Shown piece after piece: positions 38,031-46,369 of a stretch of DNA of 64,000 nt (its first letter is position 1; every line of letters begins with the position of its first letter). Made by a program: the position numbers and the translations under genes. Below the pieces are notes generated by a model. It was not told where the DNA came from and searched no databases. It saw only the letters and a program-made list of their open reading frames with translations. This DNA is from Anolis carolinensis (Eukaryota), in assembly GCF_035594765.1 (NCBI RefSeq), contig NC_085842.1:303475749-303539748 (forward strand). Direction: 5' to 3'.

Positions 38031-39095
38031 TGTCAAGGACAGAACGCCACAAGATTCAAAGTAACAGAGTTTATTAGATTACAGAACTCAAAAATGCCCG
38101 TAAAACACAAGGGCCAGGCAGTTTTTGCCTTTAGGAGCAAAAAGGGGCAAAAGTAAATGTTCAAAAGATAAACCGGATTAAACCGGAGTTTAATCCGGGT
38201 AAAAACAAACTGCTTGCGTCAGCCTGGGTATAAACGAAACGAAAGCCAAGGAACAAAAGATACAAAGAATGCAACTAATTGGCAGCAGATTCCTCTCTGC
38301 TGCCAACACTGTGCTTAGAGTAACTTGCGTCGCTCCCCCACACACACAGCAGACAGGATCTCCAACACGAGTAAAACAGCCAAGGATTGTAGCAGTTGAG
38401 TAGACCAGTTCCGTTCCGTAGATCAAAGCCAGAAGCAGACGTTTGTAGTTTTTCCAAGTCCAAGAAGGGGGGAAGACAAGCCGTGGTCAGTTCAGTCCGA
38501 GTTCTCAAAGCAGGAGATGGCGTCCGTCAAGAAGACGACGGAGGGTCAAGGTCACAGCACAGGAAAGCACACAAGTCTTCAGGGAAGCGTCCCACACACA
38601 CACGGATCCCAAGCGTTTGCCCAGATTACCCTGCCCAACGCAATTTGCAATTGCTCCCAAGCCCCATTTTATGCCAGTTACAAATCTTCATCACTGTCAG
38701 CTGTCCTCCTTAACCCGGGCGTTTCCTCATCACTTTCCTCGTCAGAGCTGGAACACCTCTGACTACGCCCAACAGCATCTCCAGCTGTGGATCCCGTCCC
38801 ATCCCTCCAGCTAAACCATGGGTCTAATCCTGAAGGTCCCCATTCATCTTCTGTCCCATCATGGCCAGTGGCACCCACTTCCTCCCTTACCCGAGTCCAA
38901 TCCATCTCATCCTCCTCTGAGCTAACCAGCCCCTCCTCCATTCTCTCCGTAAACCCTTCGAAAGACTCCTCGTCAGAAGGTGCTGCAAATATGTCTCGCA
39001 GTCTTTTTCTCTCTCGCTCCTCGAGAGTATCTGACTCTCGAGGAGTCTTACGCCCACGTCTGTCAGTAACAGAGCCATGAGGCTCAATCATAACA
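38031..39095 (-). repeat. 5' LTR of the Gypsy element
   Basis: Minus strand begins TGTTATGA and ends CTTGACA. ORF translations are identical to those in 32924-33988. Confidence 0.97.
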
Positions 39096-39524
39096 TTACA
39101 GGATTGAGGAAGGGGCTGTGAATTTATTTGGACAATTTAAGTTGTAATAATCACTTAATTTATTGATAGGCTGAAGGGACGAATGGAGCAGTCCAATCCA
39201 GTTTTCTCCTCAGCTTCAAAAATGCTGAAGTGAACCTTTGTTTCCTCTGTGTGTCACCGTATCAACCGGGGGCCATTTTCCTCAAGCAGGCTGTACTTTG
39301 TCAGACATATTAATAATATTTAGATCTAAATACTAAATTATATGTGTGTGTGTGTGAGTGTAACAATTGATGTCAGGATTTGAGGCCTAATTCTGTGCTT
39401 GATGACTGAAAAATAATGCCTCTTTATATAATGGGCCTAGCTAAGGATGCAATCCAACAGATGCTTGTTTGTGAATATTGAGTTAATGACACTTTATATC
39501 TTTGTAGATAATTATTTTAGGGAG

Positions 39525-39761
39525 GTTAGACCACACCTGGGATATTGTGTCCAATTCTGGGCACCGCAATTAAAGGGAGATGTTGACAAGCTGGAGGGTG
39601 TCCAGAGGAGGGCGACTAAAATGATCAAGGGTCTGGAGAACAAGCCCTATGAGGAGCGGCTTAAAGAGCTGGGCATGTTTAGCCTGCAGAAGAGAAGGCT
39701 GAGATGAGACATGATGAGAGTCATATATAAATATGTGAGGAAGTTATAGGGAGGAGGGAAT
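39525..39761 (+). mobile_element. CR1 LINE 3' fragment, left part (split by DIRS)
   Basis: Translates [14 protein letters not shown]...[35 protein letters not shown], the CR1 ORF2 C-terminus. Confidence 0.93.
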
Positions 39762-40011
39762 AAGGACAGGTTGCTCACCTGTAACCATGTTTCTTCGAGT
39801 GTACTCTGTGAATTCACACTAATGGAGAAGCTGCGCCTGCGCAGGTTCCGACGGAAACTCTTCCAAGCTGAAGTTCAAATTTTTGGCGGTAACCACGCCC
39901 CCCTTCCCAAGGGGCATATAAGGCAGCCCCAGGCGCCCGCTCTCCAGTTCCTACGCCGCCAAGGCAACGAGAAAGGGAGAGGTTTGCCAGAGGGGAAGGA
40001 AGGGCGGGTTT

Positions 40012-40106
40012 GTGTGAATTCACAGAGTACACTCGAAGAAACATGGTTACAGGTGAGCAACCTGTCCTTTTTCTTCGTGTACTCTGTGAATGCACACTAA
40101 TGGAGA
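40012..40106. repeat. DIRS internal complementary region (ICR)
   Basis: 40012-40069 is the reverse complement of the left terminus 39762-39819. 40070-40106 is the reverse complement of the right terminus 45784-45820. Confidence 0.93.
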
Positions 40107-40565
40107 CTAACACGCTAAGGTCCCGGATGGTGGGACAAGGCAAACTCGACAATCAGTGAATGTCCAAACACATGTTTATTAGGACATAGAAAAAATAACC
40201 GTCCCAAGGGACCAGTGCAATAAATTGTCCGAAAGGACCAGTGCAATGCAACATGAGCATCATAGAAGAAGAACATAACATGGAAGGAATTTTTCAATAA
40301 ACATGATAGAGAAAAATACACAATTGCGTAGTGCATATAAACGCTCTCCCAGGGGGAGAGGGACAAACACATCTTGGTCTTTGGCATATCCGCCAGGGCC
40401 AACGAGGCGGTACAAAGCAACAGAGCAACTGCTCAATACAATCATGGGAAAAAAAAAAAAAACATATCCCTAGAGGTAGGTATGGGGAAAAAACCCCGTC
40501 CAACTTGAAGGAGAGGTATAGAGAGTCACCTGTGGGTGAATATGAAGAGAAAAAACGTCTGAGAG

Positions 40566-43418
40566 TCAGGAGAGGCAAGATGAGAGTACTGATCTTGCAA
40601 AGGCCGAGTCTTTAAGGGCCTTACTGTCCAGCCTGTAGTGAGAGACAAACGTGAGAGGGTTTGACCAGATAGCCGCTTTACATATGGAGTCAAGCGGAAT
40701 ACCCCTAAGGAAGGCGGTCGACGCCGAGAGGCCCCTAGTCGACCTCGGGCGGATGGAAGGAGGGGGAGGTCGCTTGGCTAGTTCATAGGCCAACTCAATG
40801 GCCTGAGCGATCCAGTGGGACAGTCTTTGGGAAGAGATGGGATTACCCAACTTGTCCTGGGCATAGGCGACAAAGAGTCTTTGTGACTTACGAATGTCCT
40901 TAGTACGGTCCCTGTAGAAAAGAAGTGCTCTCCGAACGTCGAGAAGGTGCAGTTTTTGCTCGAGAGGAGAGGAGGGGTTAGAGAAGAAAGCTGGTAAGAC
41001 AATGTCCTGGTTGAGGTGGAAGGCTGACACCACCTTAGGAAGAAAGGTAATGTCCGGGCGAAGAACAGCGCGGTCATGGTGGAAACGAAGATAAGGCTCG
41101 TCGACTCTGAGGGCAGCGAGCTCGGATGGCCGTCGTGCCGACGTGATCGCCACCAGAAAGGCCAACTTCCAGGAGAGCAGGCGTAGATCGGTCGAGGCAA
41201 GCGGTTCGAAGGGAGCAGAAGACAGTTGAGAAAGTACAAGTTCGAGGCTCCAGCCCGGCGTAGGTGGTAGCGACGGCGGGCAGATGTTATTGTAGCCCCG
41301 GAGAAAGGTTTTGATCAGGTGGTGAGAAAAAAGAGATGGCTGGCCGTGGCGCTGAAAGGACCAGGAAAGAGCTGCGAGATAAGCTTTTATAGAGGCAAGA
41401 GAAAGTTTCTTCTCGACGAGAGTCATGAGGAAGTCGAGGACCACCGATACCGAGGTCGGGAAGGTGTCGACGTTACGGGATCGAAGGAAGGCATGAAAGC
41501 GAGAGAGTTTGTAGGAATAAGCCTTGGTAGTAGACGGCTTATGGGCTGCCCGCAGGACGTCTTGCAGATTCTGCGGAAGAGAGGCTAGGTAAGAATCCTC
41601 CATGCAGTGAGATGAAGGGAAGAAAGGTCCGGGTGAAGAATTTTGCCGTCCTCCCGTGAGAGAAGGTGCGGCGAGAGAGGCAGAGGGTGAAACGATCCTC
41701 TGGAGAGGCGAAGAAGGGCTGGATACCACGGTTGGCGGGGCCAGGCCGGAGCTATGAGAATCGCCGTGACCGAGATCGAGAGAAGTTTTTCGAGAACTTT
41801 CGGTATGAGGGGAATCGGTGGAAAAAGATAAAGCATCTCCGCCGACCAGTCCAGAAGAAAGGCATCCCCTAGGCAGCCGGGGAAAGAGTTCGGGGGGAGC
41901 CTCGCTCCGTAGCGGGGTAGCTGAGCGTTGTGGGGAGACGCGAAGAGATCCAGAGTAGGGCGCCCCCAGAGGCGGAACAGACCGTCGAGGACCTCGGGAT
42001 TGAGCTTCCATTCGTGAGAGGAAGAAGTCATCCTGCTGAGGGCATCCGCTAAACCGTTTTGGGCGCCCGGTAGGTGGATTGCAGAGATCTGTACGCCGTG
42101 GGCTATGCACCAAATCCAGAGACGAGAGGAGAGGAGCATCAGTTTCCTCGAACCCGTACCACCCTGTTTGTTGATGTAGAATACTGCTACTAGATTGTCC
42201 GATTGAATGAGGATGGACTTGTGGCGGATGAGGGGGGAGAATGCTTTTAGGGCTTTGAGAATGGCGAGAAGTTCGAGGAAGTTTATGTGGTTGGCCCTCT
42301 CTGACGGGGACCAAAGATTTTGAACCGTTAGACCGTTCATGTGGGCTCCCCAAGCGTAGGTGGAGGAGTCTGTGGTTATGGTTAGCGATGGCGGGGCTGG
42401 ATGGAAAGGAAGGCCCTTGCACACGTTTTGGTGAGACATCCACCATGAGAGAGACTGGCGGACGGACGACGGTACCGACAGGTATCTGGAGTTGTGGTGG
42501 TGGAACGGTTTGAAAGTGTCTATAAACCACCTTTGCAGGGTCCGAAGGCGCAGCCTGGCAAACGGGGTCGTGAGAACCGTGGAGGCCATGTGGCCTAGAA
42601 GGACCTGAATGACACGGGCTCTGACCCTCCGGGCAGATCGACAAAGGGCGATATGGTGGCGGAGAGCCAGGAATCTGTCGAACGGAAGTGACACAGTCTC
42701 TGCGACGGAGTCGAAGAGGGCCCCGATGAACCGGATTCGGGTTGACGGGGAGAGATTTGACTTCTCGGAATTGAGTTGGAGGCCGAGAGATTTTAGAAGA
42801 CGCAGCGTGAAAGAGACGTGATTTTGGAGAAGAACCGGGTCGGGCCCGACGAGAAGCCAGTCGTCCAGATAAGGAAAGACCGTGATGGCATGTAGCCTGA
42901 GGTGGGCCGCTACGGCGGCGACAACCTTGGTGAAGACCCTCGGGGCCGTGACGAGACCGAAGGGCAAAACGGTAAACTGGTAGGTTTGGTCGAGAACTTT
43001 GAAGCATAGGAACCGTCTGTGCGCCTCTCGTATTGCCACGTGGAAGTAGGCGTCTCGTAAGTCTATGGAGGCAAAGTAGTCTCCCCGCTGCAGCATCGGG
43101 AGGATAGAGGCAATAGAGACCATCCTGAATTTGGAGGGGCGAATGAATATATTGAGTGCCCTTAAGTCCAGAATCGGGCGTAGCCCGCCTCCTCTTTTCG
43201 GGACTGTAAAGTATCTGGAGAAGAAACTTAAAGGGTCCAGTTCGGGAGGGGAGGGACGGATAGCGCCTTTGGCCAGTAGCGCTTCGACTTCGGCCAGTAT
43301 CTCTGGGGAAGGATTTGAGTGGAGAACGTGACCTGTAGGAGGGAGGTCCATGAACTCTAAGGCGTAGCCGTCTTGGACAATGCGGAGAACCCATGCATCT
43401 GAAGTAATAGAGTCCCAT
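40566..43418 (-). CDS. DIRS tyrosine recombinase ORF (recognisable YR domain ~40566-41590; N-terminal part overlaps pol)
   Basis: SAM-like N domain (STTKAY...FL..L...SIKAYLAAL), ITSARRPSEL, LDVRRAL, RSTR, AAIWS, FVSHYRLD. Confidence 0.92.
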   Translation of the reverse strand: MGLYYFRCMGSPHCPRRLRLRVHGPPSYRSRSPLKSFPRDTGRSRSATGQRRYPSLPSRTGPFKFLLQILYSPEKRRRATPDSGLKGTQYIHSPLQIQDGLYCLYPPDAAAGRLLCLHRLTRRLLPRGNTRGAQTVPMLQSSRPNLPVYRFALRSRHGPEGLHQGCRRRSGPPQATCHHGLSLSGRLASRRARPGSSPKSRLFHAASSKISRPPTQFREVKSLPVNPNPVHRGPLRLRRRDCVTSVRQIPGSPPPYRPLSICPEGQSPCHSGPSRPHGLHGSHDPVCQAAPSDPAKVVYRHFQTVPPPQLQIPVGTVVRPPVSLMVDVSPKRVQGPSFPSSPAIANHNHRLLHLRLGSPHERSNGSKSLVPVREGQPHKLPRTSRHSQSPKSILPPHPPQVHPHSIGQSSSSILHQQTGWYGFEETDAPLLSSLDLVHSPRRTDLCNPPTGRPKRFSGCPQQDDFFLSRMEAQSRGPRRSVPPLGAPYSGSLRVSPQRSATPLRSEAPPELFPRLPRGCLSSGLVGGDALSFSTDSPHTESSRKTSLDLGHGDSHSSGLAPPTVVSSPSSPLQRIVSPSASLAAPSLTGGRQNSSPGPFFPSSHCMEDSYLASLPQNLQDVLRAAHKPSTTKAYSYKLSRFHAFLRSRNVDTFPTSVSVVLDFLMTLVEKKLSLASIKAYLAALSWSFQRHGQPSLFSHHLIKTFLRGYNNICPPSLPPTPGWSLELVLSQLSSAPFEPLASTDLRLLSWKLAFLVAITSARRPSELAALRVDEPYLRFHHDRAVLRPDITFLPKVVSAFHLNQDIVLPAFFSNPSSPLEQKLHLLDVRRALLFYRDRTKDIRKSQRLFVAYAQDKLGNPISSQRLSHWIAQAIELAYELAKRPPPPSIRPRSTRGLSASTAFLRGIPLDSICKAAIWSNPLTFVSHYRLDSKALKDSAFARSVLSSCLS

Positions 43419-43822
43419 TGATTGTAGAAAGGGGCTAGTCGGTCTGCAAAGACACCGAAGGGACGAGGCAGCGTGGGCTCTACAACGGTAGCGGGCGAGG
43501 AGCTTTGGCAGGGGTTGGCGTCAGGTACGCCGATTAGGCTGCGGAGGAGCAGGGGTGGATCGACCGCGTTGCTTTTGCGGATGAGGTCCCCGGCGAGGTT
43601 GGTGATGGGCTTGATTGTTCGAGCCCGAAGGCCGCCTGAAAGAATGGTGTCTGAAAGATTGCGGCGGGAAACGGCGGGAACGGTGCGGGAACCAGCGAGT
43701 GCGCTGAGGTTGAGGTTGGTCGCCACATTTAGACGCAAGAATTTTAAAGTCATGATTAGACTTGAGTTTGTCATCGGTACCGGCGTGAAACAGTCCGAGC
43801 GCGTCAAAGGGAAGGTCCTCAA
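41585..43822 (-). CDS. DIRS Pol: reverse transcriptase, RNase H and DNA methyltransferase-like domain
   Basis: RPILDLR, IDLRDAYFH, LPFGL, YLDDWL; RNase H TDSS, HINFLEL, SDN, ADALSR; C-terminal DLFAS...YLFPP...APAWPRQPWY. The true start or mode of expression is uncertain. Confidence 0.95.
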   Translation of the reverse strand: MRTFPLTRSDCFTPVPMTNSSLIMTLKFLRLNVATNLNLSALAGSRTVPAVSRRNLSDTILSGGLRARTIKPITNLAGDLIRKSNAVDPPLLLRSLIGVPDANPCQSSSPATVVEPTLPRPFGVFADRLAPFYNQWDSITSDAWVLRIVQDGYALEFMDLPPTGHVLHSNPSPEILAEVEALLAKGAIRPSPPELDPLSFFSRYFTVPKRGGGLRPILDLRALNIFIRPSKFRMVSIASILPMLQRGDYFASIDLRDAYFHVAIREAHRRFLCFKVLDQTYQFTVLPFGLVTAPRVFTKVVAAVAAHLRLHAITVFPYLDDWLLVGPDPVLLQNHVSFTLRLLKSLGLQLNSEKSNLSPSTRIRFIGALFDSVAETVSLPFDRFLALRHHIALCRSARRVRARVIQVLLGHMASTVLTTPFARLRLRTLQRWFIDTFKPFHHHNSRYLSVPSSVRQSLSWWMSHQNVCKGLPFHPAPPSLTITTDSSTYAWGAHMNGLTVQNLWSPSERANHINFLELLAILKALKAFSPLIRHKSILIQSDNLVAVFYINKQGGTGSRKLMLLSSRLWIWCIAHGVQISAIHLPGAQNGLADALSRMTSSSHEWKLNPEVLDGLFRLWGRPTLDLFASPHNAQLPRYGARLPPNSFPGCLGDAFLLDWSAEMLYLFPPIPLIPKVLEKLLSISVTAILIAPAWPRQPWYPALLRLSRGSFHPLPLSPHLLSREDGKILHPDLSSLHLTAWRILT

Positions 43823-45623
43823 TGACCTGTCTGGAAGATGAGGAGAGACCCGAAGACCTCAGCCAGGCGTGGCGGCGAATGGAAATCGCGTGGGCAATCA
43901 TTTTACCCGCAGTATCACCTGTATGCTTCGCCATTTGTATTTGGTGGTGAGCGAGCGAGTCTGCCTCCTGTTGGAGGGTAGTGAGGACGGAGCGGTCTTC
44001 GTCCGACATCTTAGCGAAGAAGGGCTGTGCCTTCTCCCAGATAATTTGTTGGTAGGCACCCATGCAGGCTCCATAATTCGCCATGCGGCAAAGCAAAAGG
44101 GCTCCGGAATAAAGTTTTCGACCCACGGCGTCGAAGCGCTTCCCCTCTCTGTCGGCCGGAGTATTCGACTGACGACCTGAGGATTGAGAGGCCTTAACGA
44201 CCAGGGAGTTAGGGTCGGGATGGTGTTTGAGCCACTCCAGGGTATCATCGTCGGTACGGTACCAAGTCTCGATCCTCTTCGAGGTCGGAGGAATGGAGGA
44301 AGGGTTTTTCCAGGAGGCCTGGATAACGTCCAACAGATAAGGCAGAAAGGGGAGTAGCGTGGCCGGCGGAGCTTGGGCCTGCACCCTTTTGAAGACTGGG
44401 TCAGACACTGCTTTGGAGGTTTGCTTGATCTCCAAACCCAGGGCGTCGGCCATCCTGACCATTTGTTCAGCGAAAGCACGAACATTGTCAGTAGGAGAAG
44501 GCGGGTCCGCCTCATACGCGTCGTGGGGAGGAGAGAGGTCGAGACCGAGAGAGACCACCGAGGCCGAGAGGACAGAGTCTGGGCGGTCGACATCAACATC
44601 TTCCTCCTCAGCCCCTTGGGGGGACTGAGGGGGAGAAGACAGCACAGTCTCGGGAGGAGGCAAGGCCTCGCGGGAAGAGAGGGCCGGAGGCCGAAGGTCC
44701 TTAGAGGCTGAGGCCTGGGCTGCCCGAGCCAGGCGAGCCGTTTGTCTGCCACGCTCCGGTGTCGAGGTGGGAGGGAAGAGCTGTTGGCGCGACGAGCGAG
44801 GCGGCGCAAGGGGCTCCGGCACCGGCACCCTGACCACCGTTTGGGTAGAGTGGTGGGGTGAGTCCTGCAGCTCCCCATCAGACAGGGGGTGCAATGGAGA
44901 CTGAGAAACATCTCTAGGCCTCTGGGCTGGTACAATAGGAGAAGACCTTCTCGAGGAAGTTGTCGAGGAAGATGGCGGGTCTTTCTTTGAGGAGGCCGAG
45001 GAGGAGGAGCGCTGAGTTAGCCGTTTCTTCGCCGGCGGTTGCTTGGATGCAACCCTCAAGGACTTGCCAGGTGTGGGAGGAACCACAGCTGAGTCGGATT
45101 GCGCTCGACGAGACTCCTCGTGAGCCCTTTTAAAGGCTATTTTGATAGCAGAGGAGGACGGAGGGGAACCGATACGAGAGCGGATCGAGGTCACCGAAGC
45201 CAGAGAGCTCGACGTCGAGGAAGGTCCCACCTTTCCGGAGCGGGTCGACACGGTCGCCGTCGTTACAGTACACGGTGGTTTGACCGGTTTAGCGGCCCTG
45301 GAGGTCTTGGACGCTCTGGACGAGACCGAGGAAGCCTTGGCTGCCGGAGGCTTAGTTGGTGGCGCCGACATAGCTCTCAAAGCTGAGGACGCCGACGTAC
45401 CCGACGTCGACGGAGTCGGTTCTGGCGCGAGAGATTTTTCGTAGAGCGCCGCTCTAAGCCTAGCGGCTCTGTTCTTTCTGGCCTGAGCCGTGAGAGCTAG
45501 GCAAAAACGGCAGGTACTGACCACATGAGCCTCGCCAAGACAGAAGAGGCACTTGGCGTGGCCGTCCGAGTCAGGAATTTTAGCAGCACACTGCGTGCAA
45601 CGCTTGAAACGAGTAGTAGACAT
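43521..45623 (-). CDS. DIRS Gag-like protein, 700 aa (N-terminal Cys/His finger, S/P-rich linker, LAP2alpha-like C-terminal domain)
   Basis: CTQC...HAKCLFC...H...CRFC at the N-terminus; RRHAWL and DLPF...LF motifs typical of vertebrate DIRS ORF1. Confidence 0.9.
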   Translation of the reverse strand: MSTTRFKRCTQCAAKIPDSDGHAKCLFCLGEAHVVSTCRFCLALTAQARKNRAARLRAALYEKSLAPEPTPSTSGTSASSALRAMSAPPTKPPAAKASSVSSRASKTSRAAKPVKPPCTVTTATVSTRSGKVGPSSTSSSLASVTSIRSRIGSPPSSSAIKIAFKRAHEESRRAQSDSAVVPPTPGKSLRVASKQPPAKKRLTQRSSSSASSKKDPPSSSTTSSRRSSPIVPAQRPRDVSQSPLHPLSDGELQDSPHHSTQTVVRVPVPEPLAPPRSSRQQLFPPTSTPERGRQTARLARAAQASASKDLRPPALSSREALPPPETVLSSPPQSPQGAEEEDVDVDRPDSVLSASVVSLGLDLSPPHDAYEADPPSPTDNVRAFAEQMVRMADALGLEIKQTSKAVSDPVFKRVQAQAPPATLLPFLPYLLDVIQASWKNPSSIPPTSKRIETWYRTDDDTLEWLKHHPDPNSLVVKASQSSGRQSNTPADREGKRFDAVGRKLYSGALLLCRMANYGACMGAYQQIIWEKAQPFFAKMSDEDRSVLTTLQQEADSLAHHQIQMAKHTGDTAGKMIAHAISIRRHAWLRSSGLSSSSRQVIEDLPFDALGLFHAGTDDKLKSNHDFKILASKCGDQPQPQRTRWFPHRSRRFPPQSFRHHSFRRPSGSNNQAHHQPRRGPHPQKQRGRSTPAPPQPNRRT

Positions 45624-45820
45624 GCGAAGAGTCCGAAGTGAACCTTGCGGCGGAAAAAAAGGAACTGGAGAGCGGGCGCCTGGGGCTGCCTTATATGCCC
45701 CTTGGGAAGGGGGGCGTGGTTACCGCCAAAAATTTGAACTTCAGCTTGGAAGAGTTTCCGTCGGAACCTGCGCAGGCGCAGCTTCTCCATTAGTGTGCAT
45801 TCACAGAGTACACGAAGAAA

Positions 45821-46205
45821 AAGCTTGTTTTCTGCTGCCCTGGAGACTAGGACGCAGAACAAATGGCTTCAAACTACAAGAAAGAAAGGAGATTCCACCT
45901 GAATATGTGGAAGAACTTCCTAACTGTGAAAGCTGTTCAGCAGTGGAACTCTCTGGCCCAGAATGTGGTGGAGGCCATTTTTTTTGGAGGCTTTTAAGCA
46001 GAGGCTGGCTGGCCATCTGTCGGGGGTGCTTTGAATGTGATTTTCCTGCTTCTTGGTAGGAGGTTGGACTGCATGGCCCATGAAGTCTCTTCCAACTCTG
46101 ATGGCCATCTGCCAGGGGGGCTTTGAATGCGATTTTCCTGCTTCTTGGCTGGAGGTTGGATTGGATGGCCCACGAGGTCTCTTCCAACTCTAGGATTCTA
46201 TGAGA
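45821..46205 (+). mobile_element. CR1 LINE 3' end, right part, with partial duplication of the 3' UTR
   Basis: Resumes at aagcttgttttctgctgccctggagactagg. The segment gtctcttccaactct occurs twice and the copy ends in TTCTATGA. Confidence 0.9.
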
Positions 46206-46369
46206 TGCATAGCTGAATCAATTTAAAACCATTCAGAAAAAAGGATTAAATTTAAAACAATGGTGAAGACTTTCAACCTTCTTAAAGCTCATTTAGCAAC
46301 AATAGTAAATTAGAACAGTTTAAAAGCTGTACAGATTTATGCAAAGCTATTACCATACATCTAAGGAAC

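Larger units (their letters stand above)
32924..39095 (-). mobile_element. Full-length Ty3/Gypsy LTR retrotransposon (Tf1/sushi-ichi-related), intact and recent
   Basis: Two 1065-bp LTRs with TG...CA ends at offset 5107. 5-bp TSD TTACA at 32919-32923 and 39096-39100. Uninterrupted gag and pol in PR-RT-RH-IN order. PPT abuts the 3' LTR. Confidence 0.98.
39762..45820 (-). mobile_element. Full-length DIRS1-like tyrosine-recombinase retrotransposon
   Basis: Inverted terminal repeats at ~39789-39952 and 45660-45820, an internal complementary region, and intact gag, RT/RH/MT and YR ORFs. It interrupts a CR1. Confidence 0.97.

Noticed and set aside
38678-39091. env gene or captured complete host gene in the LTR
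   Set aside because: No signal peptide or transmembrane segment. Similarity to CDCA7L appears limited to the short motif, with no zinc-finger domain.
43898-44935. 345-aa alternate-frame ORF inside DIRS gag
   Set aside because: Non-ATG start, no motifs, GC-rich context; likely a shadow ORF.
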